DNA from: a virus
Lineage: Duplodnaviria > Heunggongvirae > Uroviricota > Caudoviricetes
Virus record (IMG/VR): IMGVR_UViG_3300017938_000005
Length of the DNA: 64,000 bases
Direction: 5' to 3' (one strand)
Positions 43,330 through 53,400 of the stretch are shown piece after piece. Every line of letters starts with the position of its first letter. Positions within the stretch are counted from its first letter, which is position 1. A program made the translations under genes and the position numbers. The notes beneath the pieces were generated by a model. That model searched no databases. It was not told where the DNA came from and saw only the letters and a program-made list of their open reading frames with translations.

Positions 43330-43722
43330 TCAGCCTCCCTTGCACGCGGGGCAGCGGACCTCGTGACCCACGCGTCCGACCTTGCCCGCTCCACCGCATG
43401 TCAAGCAATCCTCGTCCACGAACACGGCGTCGATGATCATCGGCGACGTGGAAGGCGACGGTGATGGTGGAGGTGCCGGCCGCGCGGATCGCGCCTTCGA
43501 GACGTGGACGGTCGCTTGAGGCTTCACCCGCTTGGACGTTTTTTCCGGAAGCTCCGGCGCCGCGGTGTCGACGGCACGCGCGGCGCCCTGGATGAAGCTC
43601 TGGTCGCCGAGCCACGTGTTCAAGAAGAGCTTGCCCATCAGCTTGAGCGCAGGCTTGATGTCGCGTTCGACGGCCTTGCTTGCTTCCTGGACGACGTGGG
43701 GGACTTTCGGATTCGCCATCGC
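43330..43722 (-). CDS. hypothetical protein with C-terminal CxxC...CxxC
   Basis: internal Met MANPKVPHVVQE...; CLTCGGAGKVGRVGHEVRCPACKGG. Confidence 0.4.
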   Translation of the reverse strand, partial: AMANPKVPHVVQEASKAVERDIKPALKLMGKLFLNTWLGDQSFIQGAARAVDTAAPELPEKTSKRVKPQATVHVSKARSARPAPPPSPSPSTSPMIIDAVFVDEDCLTCGGAGKVGRVGHEVRCPACKGG

Positions 43723-43904
43723 GCACCTCACGTCATCGTAGCGCAGACGGGCCGAGGACAAAAGAGAACGAGGACTCCCTTTCGCTCCCCCGCGGAGGTC
43801 CAAGGAATCCTCGTCTCAGAAAGCCCATGCTCGCATGCCCAAGCACTAAGCGCCAGACATGCCCTTCGAAGAAGTCTTCGAGAAAATCTCAGGGCGATCT
43901 CAGG

Positions 43905-44297
43905 TCACCCGAGGCTCGTGACCTTCTGCACATCCTGATTGCTCCACTGAGCGACCATGGCTCCTTGACGGTTCGTGCCGTTGCCGAGGTTGTGCGATCC
44001 CATCGTCGGCATCGCGCCGAACGTTGGCACTGCTACGGGCTGCGCGGGGCCTTCGGGAAGGAGCGCGAGAGGACGGCCGTCGCGGCACCTGAGCGTCATC
44101 TCGCAGAAGCCGATCTGGGCGAGGCTTCCCACGGTCTCACGGGTGACGCCGATGGCGAGATCGGAGGCGCTTCGCGCGTCGTTGTACTTTGCAGCAAAGC
44201 TTCCGACGAGGTTCGGAAGATACTGCAAAAAGACTTCGACATCGGAGGGGCGTGACGCCGGCGCCGGCGAAGTGGTGTCTTGTTTCGTTTCGTCCAT
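43905..44297 (-). CDS. hypothetical protein
   Basis: balanced composition. Confidence 0.45.
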   Translation of the reverse strand: MDETKQDTTSPAPASRPSDVEVFLQYLPNLVGSFAAKYNDARSASDLAIGVTRETVGSLAQIGFCEMTLRCRDGRPLALLPEGPAQPVAVPTFGAMPTMGSHNLGNGTNRQGAMVAQWSNQDVQKVTSLG

Positions 44298-44338
44298 GGT
44301 GGTTTTTGCTCCTGCGTATCATTGCCGTGAAAAAGGGA

Positions 44339-45289
44339 TCAGTCGGCGACGTCGCCCTCCGGGGGCATGGCCGGCGCCGAGGGACCGTTCGATTTGGAAT
44401 TGCGTGCCTCGGCGACTTCGTCACCGTGTTCGTGATCGTGACCGTGATCGTGGTCGTGGCCGTGATCGTGAGCTTCGACCGATGAAACTTCAGCACTCGG
44501 CTCTTGGGCGCGGGGGCCGTAGCTCGCGTAGATGGAGTGGAGCATCGCCCCGACGGGCGGTGCAGCTTCTTCTTTCGGCGCACGCGAAGCCCCGTTCGTC
44601 GGTGTCTGCCGGGCTGGCGGAGCGGCGCGGAGGGGCGCGGGCGCGGGTCTCTCTGCACGCGGCGCGGGTCTTTGCTGATCCGGTCGGACCGAGCGTCGCG
44701 TCTCGTGGTGCTCGAGGGGCTCCTCGATGGGCTCCTCATCGTCCACCGCACGCTGCCCTCGTCCTTGTTGCGGGAGTCTCGGCTGCCCTTGCTGCCCTTG
44801 CGGAGGCAACTGCGGAAAGCCGTAGTCGACGGGCGCCTGTCCGTCGACCCAGCGCTGGAGAGCGTCTTGGAAGCGCCGCTCGTACTGAATCTGCGCGTCG
44901 AGGTGGCGCTTGGTGTGCTCGGCGATGAAGCGCATCTGCTCGAGTCGATCCTGGAGAAACAGGAGGAGCGCTTGGTCGCCGTTCGCTTCGCCGGCCAGGT
45001 CGTCGCATTCGGCGTGGAGCTGCTGCATGCCTTCGCCGAACTTGCGCATCATGTTCACGTAGTCCCCGCATCGCCTCTTCGACTGTCCGATGAGCGCGAG
45101 GAGCACATTGCGCGGCGCGAAGATCCGGTACTGGGGAGGCCGGCCTTGGGGCGGACGTCCTCGCGGGTCCATCCTTTGTGGAGGAGGCGGCCCGAACATC
45201 TCTCGACCGCGCGGCGGGGACTGCATCTGCGGTCTTTGCTGCGGCTGCTGCTGGGGAGCGTTCCCGCGACGCGGGGGGAAATAATTCAT
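44339..45289 (-). CDS. Pro/Gln-rich protein with His-Asp dipeptide repeat tract
   Basis: PQQQPQQRPQMQSPP... N-terminus; HDHGHDHDHGHDHEHG near C-terminus. Confidence 0.45.
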   Translation of the reverse strand: MNYFPPRRGNAPQQQPQQRPQMQSPPRGREMFGPPPPQRMDPRGRPPQGRPPQYRIFAPRNVLLALIGQSKRRCGDYVNMMRKFGEGMQQLHAECDDLAGEANGDQALLLFLQDRLEQMRFIAEHTKRHLDAQIQYERRFQDALQRWVDGQAPVDYGFPQLPPQGQQGQPRLPQQGRGQRAVDDEEPIEEPLEHHETRRSVRPDQQRPAPRAERPAPAPLRAAPPARQTPTNGASRAPKEEAAPPVGAMLHSIYASYGPRAQEPSAEVSSVEAHDHGHDHDHGHDHEHGDEVAEARNSKSNGPSAPAMPPEGDVAD

Positions 45290-45425
45290 CTGGACATTCT
45301 CCGGGGGAGCCCGAAGGCGAGGTCATCCCCCGCCTACGACCTAGGCCGAAGGTAATGCTTTTCGTAGTGCATGACAACCTCAGCTACGAGCCCTTGATTT
45401 CAGGGCGATTCGCTAAGGAACCACG

Positions 45426-45635
45426 TTAGCTTTTACCTTTGCCGTCCGGATCTGAGAGTCGGATGGCGGGCATCTCGCCCGGCGAGTCCTTCACCTCGGG
45501 ATGCGATGAGAGCCATGCGGCTGCCTTGAATCGCGACACGACGCGGTCGCCACCGCAGAGGTCACAGGGGACGTCGTGACCGCGACACTGGGGGCATCGA
45601 CGCGGTGGGAACCTCTGCGAGCCGTCCCCGGACAC
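45426..45635 (-). CDS. small zinc-ribbon protein
   Basis: CPQCRGHDVPCDLCGG. Confidence 0.4.
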   Translation of the reverse strand: MSGDGSQRFPPRRCPQCRGHDVPCDLCGGDRVVSRFKAAAWLSSHPEVKDSPGEMPAIRLSDPDGKGKS

Positions 45636-45639
45636 CGCG

Positions 45640-46020
45640 TCACCTCGGCTTCACGGCAGGCATCTGGCCTCCGGAGAATGCGCTGCCGCCCGACAGGCGC
45701 CTGCCGAGGGAGACGAGTTCCGTTCGGAGGCCGGCAAGCTCGCGCCCGAACTCATCGAGCTTGCCGTCGAGCTTGTCGAGCGTCGCGTTGAGACGCGAGC
45801 TGTTCTCCGAGCTGTGCTGGCTGTTCGTCGACAGAACCGCGATGCGCGTCTCCTGCTCGGTGTTCTGCTTCTCGAGCGCCGCGATGCGGAGAAGCATCTC
45901 CCCACGCGACGTCTCGTAGGCCTTCTGGTCGTTTCTGTAGATCACGGAGATGAGCGCGACGACGAGCGAGAGGAGCCCCGCAAGCACGGCGCTGACGACG
46001 CTGACGATCTCGCTCACGGC
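45640..46020 (-). CDS. membrane-anchored coiled-coil protein; start uncertain
   Basis: VSVVSAVLAGLLSLVVALISVIY TM then helical region. Confidence 0.35.
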   Translation of the reverse strand, partial: AVSEIVSVVSAVLAGLLSLVVALISVIYRNDQKAYETSRGEMLLRIAALEKQNTEQETRIAVLSTNSQHSSENSSRLNATLDKLDGKLDEFGRELAGLRTELVSLGRRLSGGSAFSGGQMPAVKPR

Positions 46021-46409
46021 GTACCCCCGTCGATCCCGGCGAGGACGGCTGCGGTCTTCTGGATCCTTCGCAGCTTGCTGATCTGCGCCGCGGTGTAGTA
46101 GTGCGCGCCCGCTCGGGGCGGCATCATGAGCGCACCGACGAGTGCGCCGTCCGGGCCCGCGTCGGAGATGGTTTCCGCGCTCGCGAGGAGCGACGAGACG
46201 TAGTTGTAGACGTCGACCGCCGCGACTTTGCAGTTCGCGACGATTTGAACCACGTCTTCCGTCGCGACTCCCGTGACGTCGAGGACGATCGGCGCGACGC
46301 ACTGCTCGACCGCAATGGCCGTGTCGAGTCCTTGGTTCACCTGGGCGCCGGAGCACGCGGCCCCAATGGCCGCCACCAGGAGCATGCACGCGATGAAACG
46401 TTTCCTCAT
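46014..46409 (-). CDS. secreted lipoprotein
   Basis: MRKRFIACMLLVAAIGAACSG signal peptide with lipobox. Confidence 0.55.
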   Translation of the reverse strand: MRKRFIACMLLVAAIGAACSGAQVNQGLDTAIAVEQCVAPIVLDVTGVATEDVVQIVANCKVAAVDVYNYVSSLLASAETISDAGPDGALVGALMMPPRAGAHYYTAAQISKLRRIQKTAAVLAGIDGGTP

Positions 46410-46730
46410 GATTCGAGCCTCCGTCTCACCTGTGCTGTCCGTGGAATTCCACGAACACCCAAGTCTAAACGCGTCTACGTTCGACGTCCACCATCAGCGA
46501 TCCCAAGCATGCCGGGAATGTCGAAAGACAGCGGGGAGGGTTGGTAACCCGTGGCAGAACGGCGGCCACAGATCTCGCGCTTATGAAAGGTGAGGTCTTC
46601 ATGCGTCGGCACGCGCGCGCCGCAATCGCAGGAGAACGGTAAGAAGGACAGCTCGGGCTCGTAGATCGGAACGCTCATGAACGAACCGCGCCTCTTAGCA
46701 CGAAGGAGCACTTCTGGTAGCTTCAATCTC

Positions 46731-47201
46731 ATGTCGAAATCGACCAACGCGAGCATCGAGGCCTACGTCGCCGAAAAAATGCCGAAGCGCGTGAAAGAAG
46801 CGCTCTCGAAGGCGATGTGGAACCTCCACCACGGCGCCGCTGATCCGAACGAGGACATCGGGGCGACCTGGGAGAAGAACTCCGGGATCGTCGAGGATTG
46901 GTTCAACACGAGGATGAACGACGACCTCGTCGTCGACGATGCGGGCAACGTTTCGACCGGGAGCGATTTCGAACGCTACCTCGAGCAGCTCTACGACGAG
47001 CGCGAGAAGGAAGCCCTTCAAGAAGCCATCGACGAAGGGATCGGCGACGACGAGGAAGACGAGTCAGACGCGGACGAGGCGAAGGAGAAATACGCCGAGC
47101 AGCAAGCGCGAGCTTGGGCGGAATCCGAACAGGAGAACTCCACGCGCTACGACGCGAGCTACGTCAAGCGTCTCGTGCTCGGCCGCGACTGGCCTTCGTG
47201 A
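46731..47201 (+). CDS. hypothetical acidic protein
   Basis: internal Met MSKSTNASIEAYVAEK...; DEEDESDADEAKEK. Confidence 0.4.
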   Translation: MSKSTNASIEAYVAEKMPKRVKEALSKAMWNLHHGAADPNEDIGATWEKNSGIVEDWFNTRMNDDLVVDDAGNVSTGSDFERYLEQLYDEREKEALQEAIDEGIGDDEEDESDADEAKEKYAEQQARAWAESEQENSTRYDASYVKRLVLGRDWPS

Positions 47202-47745
47202 CGTCGAGGAAGAGCTGCGTGATCGTCGTCCTCTGATGCGTGCGAGACCATCGCGCCGTTCCAGACAATACGAGCGACGCGCTGCACTCGGGGCACGTGA
47301 ATATGATGTTGATGCTGTCCACGCCGTGCCAATTCATGTTTTGCGGCGCGCGCCATCCGCACGTGCATCGCCCATCAGGAAGCTCGTTGCCACTTTTTCT
47401 CAATGGAGAACATCGGGCGTCCCCGCCTTCTCAGCCTTCTTCACGAGCTTCCAACGGTTGCCGACGCGCATGTCCGGTAGCCGATCCATGAGCGACTTCC
47501 TGAGATGCGCGGCGACGTCGGACGCGCACATGATGACGCCGTGCTCGTTCTCCGCGTGGCTCCCGAGACATTTCACGCGGATGCGGCTCCACGCGCCGTA
47601 GGGGTGTCGCGCAAGAAAATCCACCGTGCTCGGCGTGGGCCAGAACGCGGCGACCTCGAACCCCGCGAGCACGCCACAGCGAAGCACGCGTGCCACGAAC
47701 TCGATCGATTTTTGCTTACTCACTCGGCAACGACGCACCGCCACG

Positions 47746-47982
47746 TCACCGCTCCTCCATCCACCAGAGGAGGCCCCCGGCCCCAAGGCCGAAGAGGAGC
47801 GCGAACTTCGCATCGCGCATATGGCGCTCCCACTCGGCGGCGTTGCGGAGATCGAAGCTCGTCGCGTGGTCCGCGAACCGTCGCGGCTTCTGCGCGAGCG
47901 TGAGCACGCAATAACCGGCACCGGCGCCGGCGAGAAGTAGTGAGAGCGTCGGGACCTTGGTGCGCGCGATCGTGACAGCCAT
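47746..47982 (-). CDS. small membrane protein
   Basis: two hydrophobic segments. Confidence 0.4.
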   Translation of the reverse strand: MAVTIARTKVPTLSLLLAGAGAGYCVLTLAQKPRRFADHATSFDLRNAAEWERHMRDAKFALLFGLGAGGLLWWMEER

Positions 47983-48054
47983 GCCTCACTATCGCGCAAG
48001 AGCATGACGGATTCCAACTTTTCTAAGAATGGCCACTTGCAGCTATGATGAGGA

Positions 48055-49623
48055 GTGGCCTTTCGTCCAATCGTCGGCGGTTCTCAATCCACCATCATCT
48101 TTCGGCCCGGCATGGCGAGCGCAGATGCGTTCGTCGAGACGTGGGCCGAAGTAAAATTGGCCATCATCGCGGCCCAGGGAAACATTATCGTTTACGTGGA
48201 CGACGGGATCGCGCCCGCGCACGTGCCCGGCGCGAGCGGGGTAACCGACGGTAACGGTCGCATGGAGATCCGCCCGTATCGTCCCGACGTGAACGCATTT
48301 TCGACGCTCACGATCGACGATGGCGCGACGATCAAGGGGCTCGCTCGCCTCACGTCGACCATCTACCTCCTTTGCGACTGCCAGAGCGCGACGCCCTCGC
48401 TCGATTGGGACTACACGCCGAACGCCGTCGGAACGCCCATGCCCGTTTTGTTCGCCACGGATCGTGCGGCTCTCAGCTCGACTCCGACGTCTACCGAGCC
48501 CGCGATCATCGTTCCAGCGGCGCAGACGCTCCTCGTGCAATTTCAGCAGGAAGGCGGCGTTTTTCAGCCACCTGGTCCAGCGCTCTTCAGCGTAGGCGAC
48601 GGCGCCACGCTTCTCCTCGCCGCGCACGCGGCCGAACTGCGTGACGAAACCGGAATCAACCTCGTGCCGTCCACGTGGGTCGTCGGAACGGGACAAGTCG
48701 CGTTCGATTACGATCAGTCCACGATCTACATCTCCGGAGGTCAGCCTCAATACGGCGTCACGGGAGGCGTGCACCGTCACAACTCCACGACCGACGCAGT
48801 CGAGATCATTTTCTTGGCATCGACGACGGACGTCTTGGCGCTCTATCACGCGGAGGGAAGGATCTCTGAAGTCGGCACACTGCACTTGACCGCTGAAGGC
48901 TTCGGCGGCACCGGTGGAGGCGGTGGCGGTGCTGGGGGCGGCGCCGCGCCAGGATCGAGCGGCGGCGGATCAGGCGGTGTCGTCTACAGCGTCGGCTCGT
49001 TTGATCTCGATCTGTCGCACCAACTCGACATCACCCTCGGAGACGGCGGCAGCGCTGGCGCCGCCGGCGTTGCCGGCGACGGCGCAGGTGGCGATGGTGC
49101 TCCCGGTACGCCGTCGTTCTGTACCGACGCGACGGCTGCAAAGATTCTCTGGTCGGCACCCGGGAGCGAAGGCGGCAAGGGCGCGAGCGCTACATTCGGA
49201 GTCGGCGGCATGGCGATCGATCAAACGGGAGCACCGCTCTCGAGCGCGGGCTTTCCGTCTGCGGGCGGAGACGGAAGTCTTCAAGGAGTCCCGGGCAAAA
49301 CAGGAAACCGCGGAGCACTGTCGCTCTTCGGCGCAGATGCGCCCGGTGCGGTCAACGTTTGGGAAGGTGGCGCAGGCGGAACAAGTGCTGGAGGCCAAGG
49401 CGGCGGCGGAGGTGGAGGAGGAGCCGGACCTCGAGCCTCTGGCAGCGTGGGCGGAAATTCGAGTGGAGGCGCGGGCGGCGCTGGAACCGATTCGACCGAC
49501 AACCTCGGTAATGGTGCGGGCGGAGGCGCAGGCGGAGCAGGCGCAGGGGATGCGGGCGGCCCCGGTGGCGCGGGCAAGAAGGGCTACGTTCGACTCCTCT
49601 TCTTTGCGAACACGGATCACTAA
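48055..49623 (+). CDS. Gly-rich repeat protein (fibre/adhesin-like)
   Basis: N-terminal 250 aa non-repetitive beta-rich; C-terminal half dominated by GGAGG/GGxGG tracts such as GGTGGGGGGAGGGAAPGSSGGGSGG. Confidence 0.55.
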   Translation: MAFRPIVGGSQSTIIFRPGMASADAFVETWAEVKLAIIAAQGNIIVYVDDGIAPAHVPGASGVTDGNGRMEIRPYRPDVNAFSTLTIDDGATIKGLARLTSTIYLLCDCQSATPSLDWDYTPNAVGTPMPVLFATDRAALSSTPTSTEPAIIVPAAQTLLVQFQQEGGVFQPPGPALFSVGDGATLLLAAHAAELRDETGINLVPSTWVVGTGQVAFDYDQSTIYISGGQPQYGVTGGVHRHNSTTDAVEIIFLASTTDVLALYHAEGRISEVGTLHLTAEGFGGTGGGGGGAGGGAAPGSSGGGSGGVVYSVGSFDLDLSHQLDITLGDGGSAGAAGVAGDGAGGDGAPGTPSFCTDATAAKILWSAPGSEGGKGASATFGVGGMAIDQTGAPLSSAGFPSAGGDGSLQGVPGKTGNRGALSLFGADAPGAVNVWEGGAGGTSAGGQGGGGGGGGAGPRASGSVGGNSSGGAGGAGTDSTDNLGNGAGGGAGGAGAGDAGGPGGAGKKGYVRLLFFANTDH

Positions 49624-49795
49624 CGGAGGAAAGAGCGCCGCTCCGTGTGTTTCATGTATCCGATCGCCTCACCGTACCGAGGAACCGTTAGTAGGTGCAA
49701 GATCTCCTTGCACACCATGCACGCGAGCGGCGCAAAGAGATGATCGCTCGCGTCCTACGCCGTCGTCAAGCCGTCGATGCTGCTAAGATCCCCTC

Positions 49796-50026
49796 ATGAG
49801 CTTCAAGGCTAACCTCTTCGCAGCGAACGACAATCCGCTCCTGACTTCGCCGCCGCCCACGCCCATCGCGTCCGTGGTTGTTCCACAAGGCAAAGGCTTT
49901 GGTGACGAGCCGCCGCTCCTCTCCTGGAAGGGTCGCCTCTTTCAATTCGTGCAGGGAAGCGACTTCAAATTCGGCGGCGAAGCGACGCCCGCTTACGTCG
50001 AAGTCGCTCCTGTGGCTGTCGAATAG
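49796..50026 (+). CDS. hypothetical small protein
   Basis: moderate composition. Confidence 0.35.
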   Translation: MSFKANLFAANDNPLLTSPPPTPIASVVVPQGKGFGDEPPLLSWKGRLFQFVQGSDFKFGGEATPAYVEVAPVAVE

Positions 50027-50032
50027 CTCGCC

Positions 50033-50386
50033 CTACAAGTGCAGGTGAAGGAGAATGATCGCCCAGGCGAGCGCGATCCCGCCGAGGTATCCGGCGAAAT
50101 CCTCCGTGTTGTTCCGAAAAGTCTGTTTCGGGATCTCGAAGTTCGCGTCATACACGTATTCCTTCACCGCCGCGAAGAGCGTGAGAGCCGCGCTCACGAA
50201 GCCGCAGATCTTCACGCTCGAACCACTGAGGAGCGCCGTCGCGAGAACGATCAGTGCCGCCCAGCCGACATGAGCCACGGGCGCGAGGAACGAGACCTCG
50301 TTCATCCACTCGTTCGTCAAATACTTCGCGAGCCACGTCTTGAGGTTCTGCAGCATCCAGTCATTGTAGCGGACGGGCGGGAACAC
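50033..50386 (-). CDS. hypothetical membrane protein (holin-like size), lower-GC gene
   Basis: two or three TM segments; AT-richer than neighbours. Confidence 0.45.
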   Translation of the reverse strand: MFPPVRYNDWMLQNLKTWLAKYLTNEWMNEVSFLAPVAHVGWAALIVLATALLSGSSVKICGFVSAALTLFAAVKEYVYDANFEIPKQTFRNNTEDFAGYLGGIALAWAIILLHLHL

Positions 50387-50389
50387 GCT

Positions 50390-50635
50390 TCACGGCAAGA
50401 AGGTTCCCGATTGATCTCGAACGATTCTCGAGAAAGCGCGCTCAGCACGCCTGCGAGCGTTTTGTTTGGTCGTCCCTCGTCCCCACAAGAGGATCGTGAT
50501 CTCGCTTCCGTCCTTGCCCAAGAACTTCCGTTCGATGCGTTCGACGAACACCAGGTCACCTTCGATTCGCTCAGCTCTTTTTCGCAAAAAATTGCTGCGC
50601 ATCTCTCGACTCCTCTTCCACGCGTAAGCGTTCAC
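50390..50635 (-). CDS. hypothetical protein
   Basis: moderate composition. Confidence 0.4.
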   Translation of the reverse strand: MNAYAWKRSREMRSNFLRKRAERIEGDLVFVERIERKFLGKDGSEITILLWGRGTTKQNARRRAERAFSRIVRDQSGTFLP

Positions 50636-50784
50636 GCCCTTCCTGTTGCCAGGGTTCGTCGCCGCCGAGAGGAAGATGGTAGGCGAGCCACGTCGTGAGG
50701 CGCTCGCGATCCTTGGCCTCTTGTGCGCGCCTCTGCAATCGCTTTTGACGCCGCTTGCTGCTCACGAGACTCCGCCCTCCACGC

Positions 50785-51147
50785 TCACCGGTACGGCCCA
50801 CCGCTCGAAGGATTGTCGGGAAGCGGCGCATCTGGGTTCCGGAACGTCGACACGACTTCTGCGCGTGTGCCGCCAGCTTTCGCTTGCTTCTCGGCTTCTT
50901 GGGGATCCGTTCCGACGGGGACCGTGATCACCGGCGCCGTGACCGTCTCGATGCCGTAGTACACCGTGAGCGAATCGACCACGTCCTCGCTCGCCTCGTC
51001 CGCCATTGATCGATTCTTCCAAGCTTCCTCCATAGCCTCCGCGCTCGCCATGAAGTCCGCGATGCCGTCTTTAAAGCACGGCGTGCACTCGCGATCGGGC
51101 GAGTGCTCGCACGATTCATCACGCACGAACGTGACGTGTGCCTTCAT
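50785..51147 (-). CDS. hypothetical acidic protein
   Basis: balanced composition. Confidence 0.45.
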   Translation of the reverse strand: MKAHVTFVRDESCEHSPDRECTPCFKDGIADFMASAEAMEEAWKNRSMADEASEDVVDSLTVYYGIETVTAPVITVPVGTDPQEAEKQAKAGGTRAEVVSTFRNPDAPLPDNPSSGGPYR

Positions 51148-51344
51148 TTCTTCTCTTTACGGACCGTGACCGTGATCGACCCGTTCGGTCCTTGGGTCGT
51201 GTGGCTCTCGTACTCGCACTTGCAGACGCGCATCATGATGACGCCCGGCTTCAAGGGATGACCGACGTTCTCATGGGGCGCGCCGCAGTGGGGGCAGTCC
51301 TTCTCGAAGGAGGAGGCCAACGAGCTGTTCTCGATATCGATCAC
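51144..51344 (-). CDS. small zinc-binding protein
   Basis: CPHCGAPHENVGH...CKCEYESH. Confidence 0.4.
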   Translation of the reverse strand: MIDIENSSLASSFEKDCPHCGAPHENVGHPLKPGVIMMRVCKCEYESHTTQGPNGSITVTVRKEKK

Positions 51345-51406
51345 GTCGGCACCTCGCCGCCCCGAAGCTCACGTTCTTCGCACGGCGCATCATGACCCAT
51401 GGGACG

Positions 51407-51469
51407 CCCCATCACGCCTCCGGCGTGATGTGGGCCTGGCCCATCGACGCGGCTTCGCCGTGGCGAGGG
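51407..51469. repeat. copy 1 of a ~62-nt near-identical repeat (second copy 58647..58709)
   Basis: ccccatcacgcctccggcgtgatgtgggcctggcccatcgacgcggcttcgccgtggcgaggg vs copy 2, about 4 mismatches. Confidence 0.7.
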
Positions 51470-51618
51470 CGTGCAGACGCCCGTTTCACCCACGAGATTC
51501 GTGCACAAAGACACGTGCTCCCAGACCCATGCTCCGCACGTCCGGCACGCGCAAGCCTTGAGCGTCGAGGCCGGAGGATGACCTGGGCAATTCTCCGGCG
51601 TCGGTCGCAACGCTGCGC

Positions 51619-51915
51619 TCATCCCCATCGCGGCACCTTCGCGCTCAGGATGGGACCATCTTCGACGCTGCGCTTCGGAACGCTTTGAAGCACGGTCTTG
51701 CACCGGTAGTACGAGCGATCGCGAAACCCGCGCTCGATGCCGCCTGGCGTGACACGTCGTTCGAGGAGGCCCGCCGCGACCATCCTGTCGAGCTTGTAGC
51801 TCACGCGCCCATGTGCGAACCACACGCCGGCTACGCGCATCGCGTCCTTGATCTCGAGCGAGCTTCGCTCGCCGCTCCTCTCGAGGTACGCGTAGATCCG
51901 CTCGTCGAGCTTCAT
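51619..51915 (-). CDS. winged-helix (MarR-like) DNA-binding protein
   Basis: ERIYAYLERSGERSSLEIKDAMRV...YKLDRMVAAGLLERR. Confidence 0.45.
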   Translation of the reverse strand: MKLDERIYAYLERSGERSSLEIKDAMRVAGVWFAHGRVSYKLDRMVAAGLLERRVTPGGIERGFRDRSYYRCKTVLQSVPKRSVEDGPILSAKVPRWG

Positions 51916-51950
51916 ACTGCAAAGATACTACTGCGGCTCGTCTTCGCCGG

Positions 51951-52412
51951 TCAACGACGCTTCTTGGGTGCAGCTTTCGGCGTGACCTTGGTCAGCGCTT
52001 CGAGAGCCGCGACCTGACGCTCCGTGAGCCGCATCATTTTCACGTCGCGCTCGCGGATCTCGTTGTCGCGCTTCTCCGTCCGTGCGTCGCGTTCCTTCGA
52101 CATCCTTGTCGTCTCCTCGACGTCCTTGAGCATCTGCCCGAGCATCGCGACCTGCTCGCGGGTCTGCATCACGGTCTCGGACGACTCGCCGTAGATCTGA
52201 CCGTGCGTGAAGCACGCGTCGAGCATCATCACGAGCGTGCGCGCCTCGACCGCACCGAGCACGGACCCGAACATCCCAAGAATGTCGTCCTTGGTCTTCT
52301 TGAAGCTCTCCTCGGCCGCCCGCACACGCTCACTCGCGGTCTCAGCGGCGGTTGCGAGCTGCTGCATCTGCGCGCTCGCGACGCCCGTGTCCACCTTCGG
52401 CTTGTCTTTCAT
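51951..52412 (-). CDS. hypothetical helical protein
   Basis: balanced composition. Confidence 0.45.
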   Translation of the reverse strand: MKDKPKVDTGVASAQMQQLATAAETASERVRAAEESFKKTKDDILGMFGSVLGAVEARTLVMMLDACFTHGQIYGESSETVMQTREQVAMLGQMLKDVEETTRMSKERDARTEKRDNEIRERDVKMMRLTERQVAALEALTKVTPKAAPKKRR

Positions 52413-52446
52413 GCCACATATCTATCACTTCACGCCTAGAGCGCGA

Positions 52447-52794
52447 TCACTTCGAACGCGTGAAGCCGAGCGACAAGACCATGCGCCGCCGGTCGACTTT
52501 TCGCACGGAGTGCCGGGCGACGTCGGGTCGGAAGAACACGAGGCGTCCGGCACGAAGGACCCACCGATCGTCTGCCTCGAACGAATCCTGCCCGAAAAGT
52601 CTCACATTCATGCGGTAGTGGCTCAAATCTTCCACTTCGTCGACGTGGTCGGGAACGTGGCTGCCGGCGGGATAATCGAGGAGCCAGAGGTCCCACCGAT
52701 GTCCCCCAAGAAGAAGGAGCTTTCTATACCCGGTTCCTTGCCTGCCGCTCTCCCATTTCCATTTCCACATGGCGCCCTCAGGGGTCCCAGTCAT
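52447..52794 (-). CDS. 2OG-Fe(II) oxygenase superfamily protein (AlkB-like fold)
   Basis: GSHVPDHVDE HxD motif and downstream RLVFFRPDVARHSV. Confidence 0.45.
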   Translation of the reverse strand: MTGTPEGAMWKWKWESGRQGTGYRKLLLLGGHRWDLWLLDYPAGSHVPDHVDEVEDLSHYRMNVRLFGQDSFEADDRWVLRAGRLVFFRPDVARHSVRKVDRRRMVLSLGFTRSK

Positions 52795-53283
52795 AGATGA
52801 AAACCGGTGCCGAGACGATGCGTTCGATGAGCGGCTCTACCTGTGCCCAGCTCCCACCCCCAAGGCCGGTCCCGACCCGCGGCGCATGAATGCTCGCACC
52901 GTGAAAACGCGCGAATTGATCCGCGTGCCGAAGGCAAAGCGCAAGCGCGGCATAGCGAATGGGTGGACCCTTCGAGCCTTCACGAATTCCCTCTTGCGCG
53001 ATCATGTTGAGCACGAACGTGTCCGGCTTCACCTTCACGAGCTGCGACTCTCCGAGACCGAAGGCGCCCGTCGTCGCGACGACACTGTCGTCGAGAGAAG
53101 GAACGACCTTCCGAAGATGATGCCAAGCGCGGTACGCGCGCTCGGGCTCGGGCCAGCACCTCGAAACCGCGAGCACGAAGCCTTTGCCCCATCCGCCGAA
53201 CGTGTTGCAAACGTGCGCGACGATCTTCGGTCCCTTTGCCTGCGGTGCGGTCGCATCACCCTTCAGGTACGTGATGGTCATGA
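52778..53283 (-). CDS. macro domain (ADP-ribose binding/processing) protein
   Basis: MTITYLKGDATAPQAKGPKIVAHVCNTFGGWGKGFVLAVS; N-terminal part of ORF 52778..53662 is Arg-rich so start set at the internal Met. Confidence 0.6.
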
Positions 53284-53376
53284 GCGCATGAACCCGATCA
53301 CCCAAAGGACCACGCTCGAGATAACCAGGACGACGGGCACAAGCAACCAATAGTCGCGGTGCACCTTCATGACGAA
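53284..53376 (-). CDS. 30-aa single-TM peptide, start-stop coupled to the macro gene
   Basis: own translation MKVHRDYWLLVPVVLVISSVVLWVIGFMRS; its stop overlaps the macro gene ATG. Confidence 0.3.
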
Positions 53377-53400
53377 AAGCATAGTCATTTCTGGGGCGCG

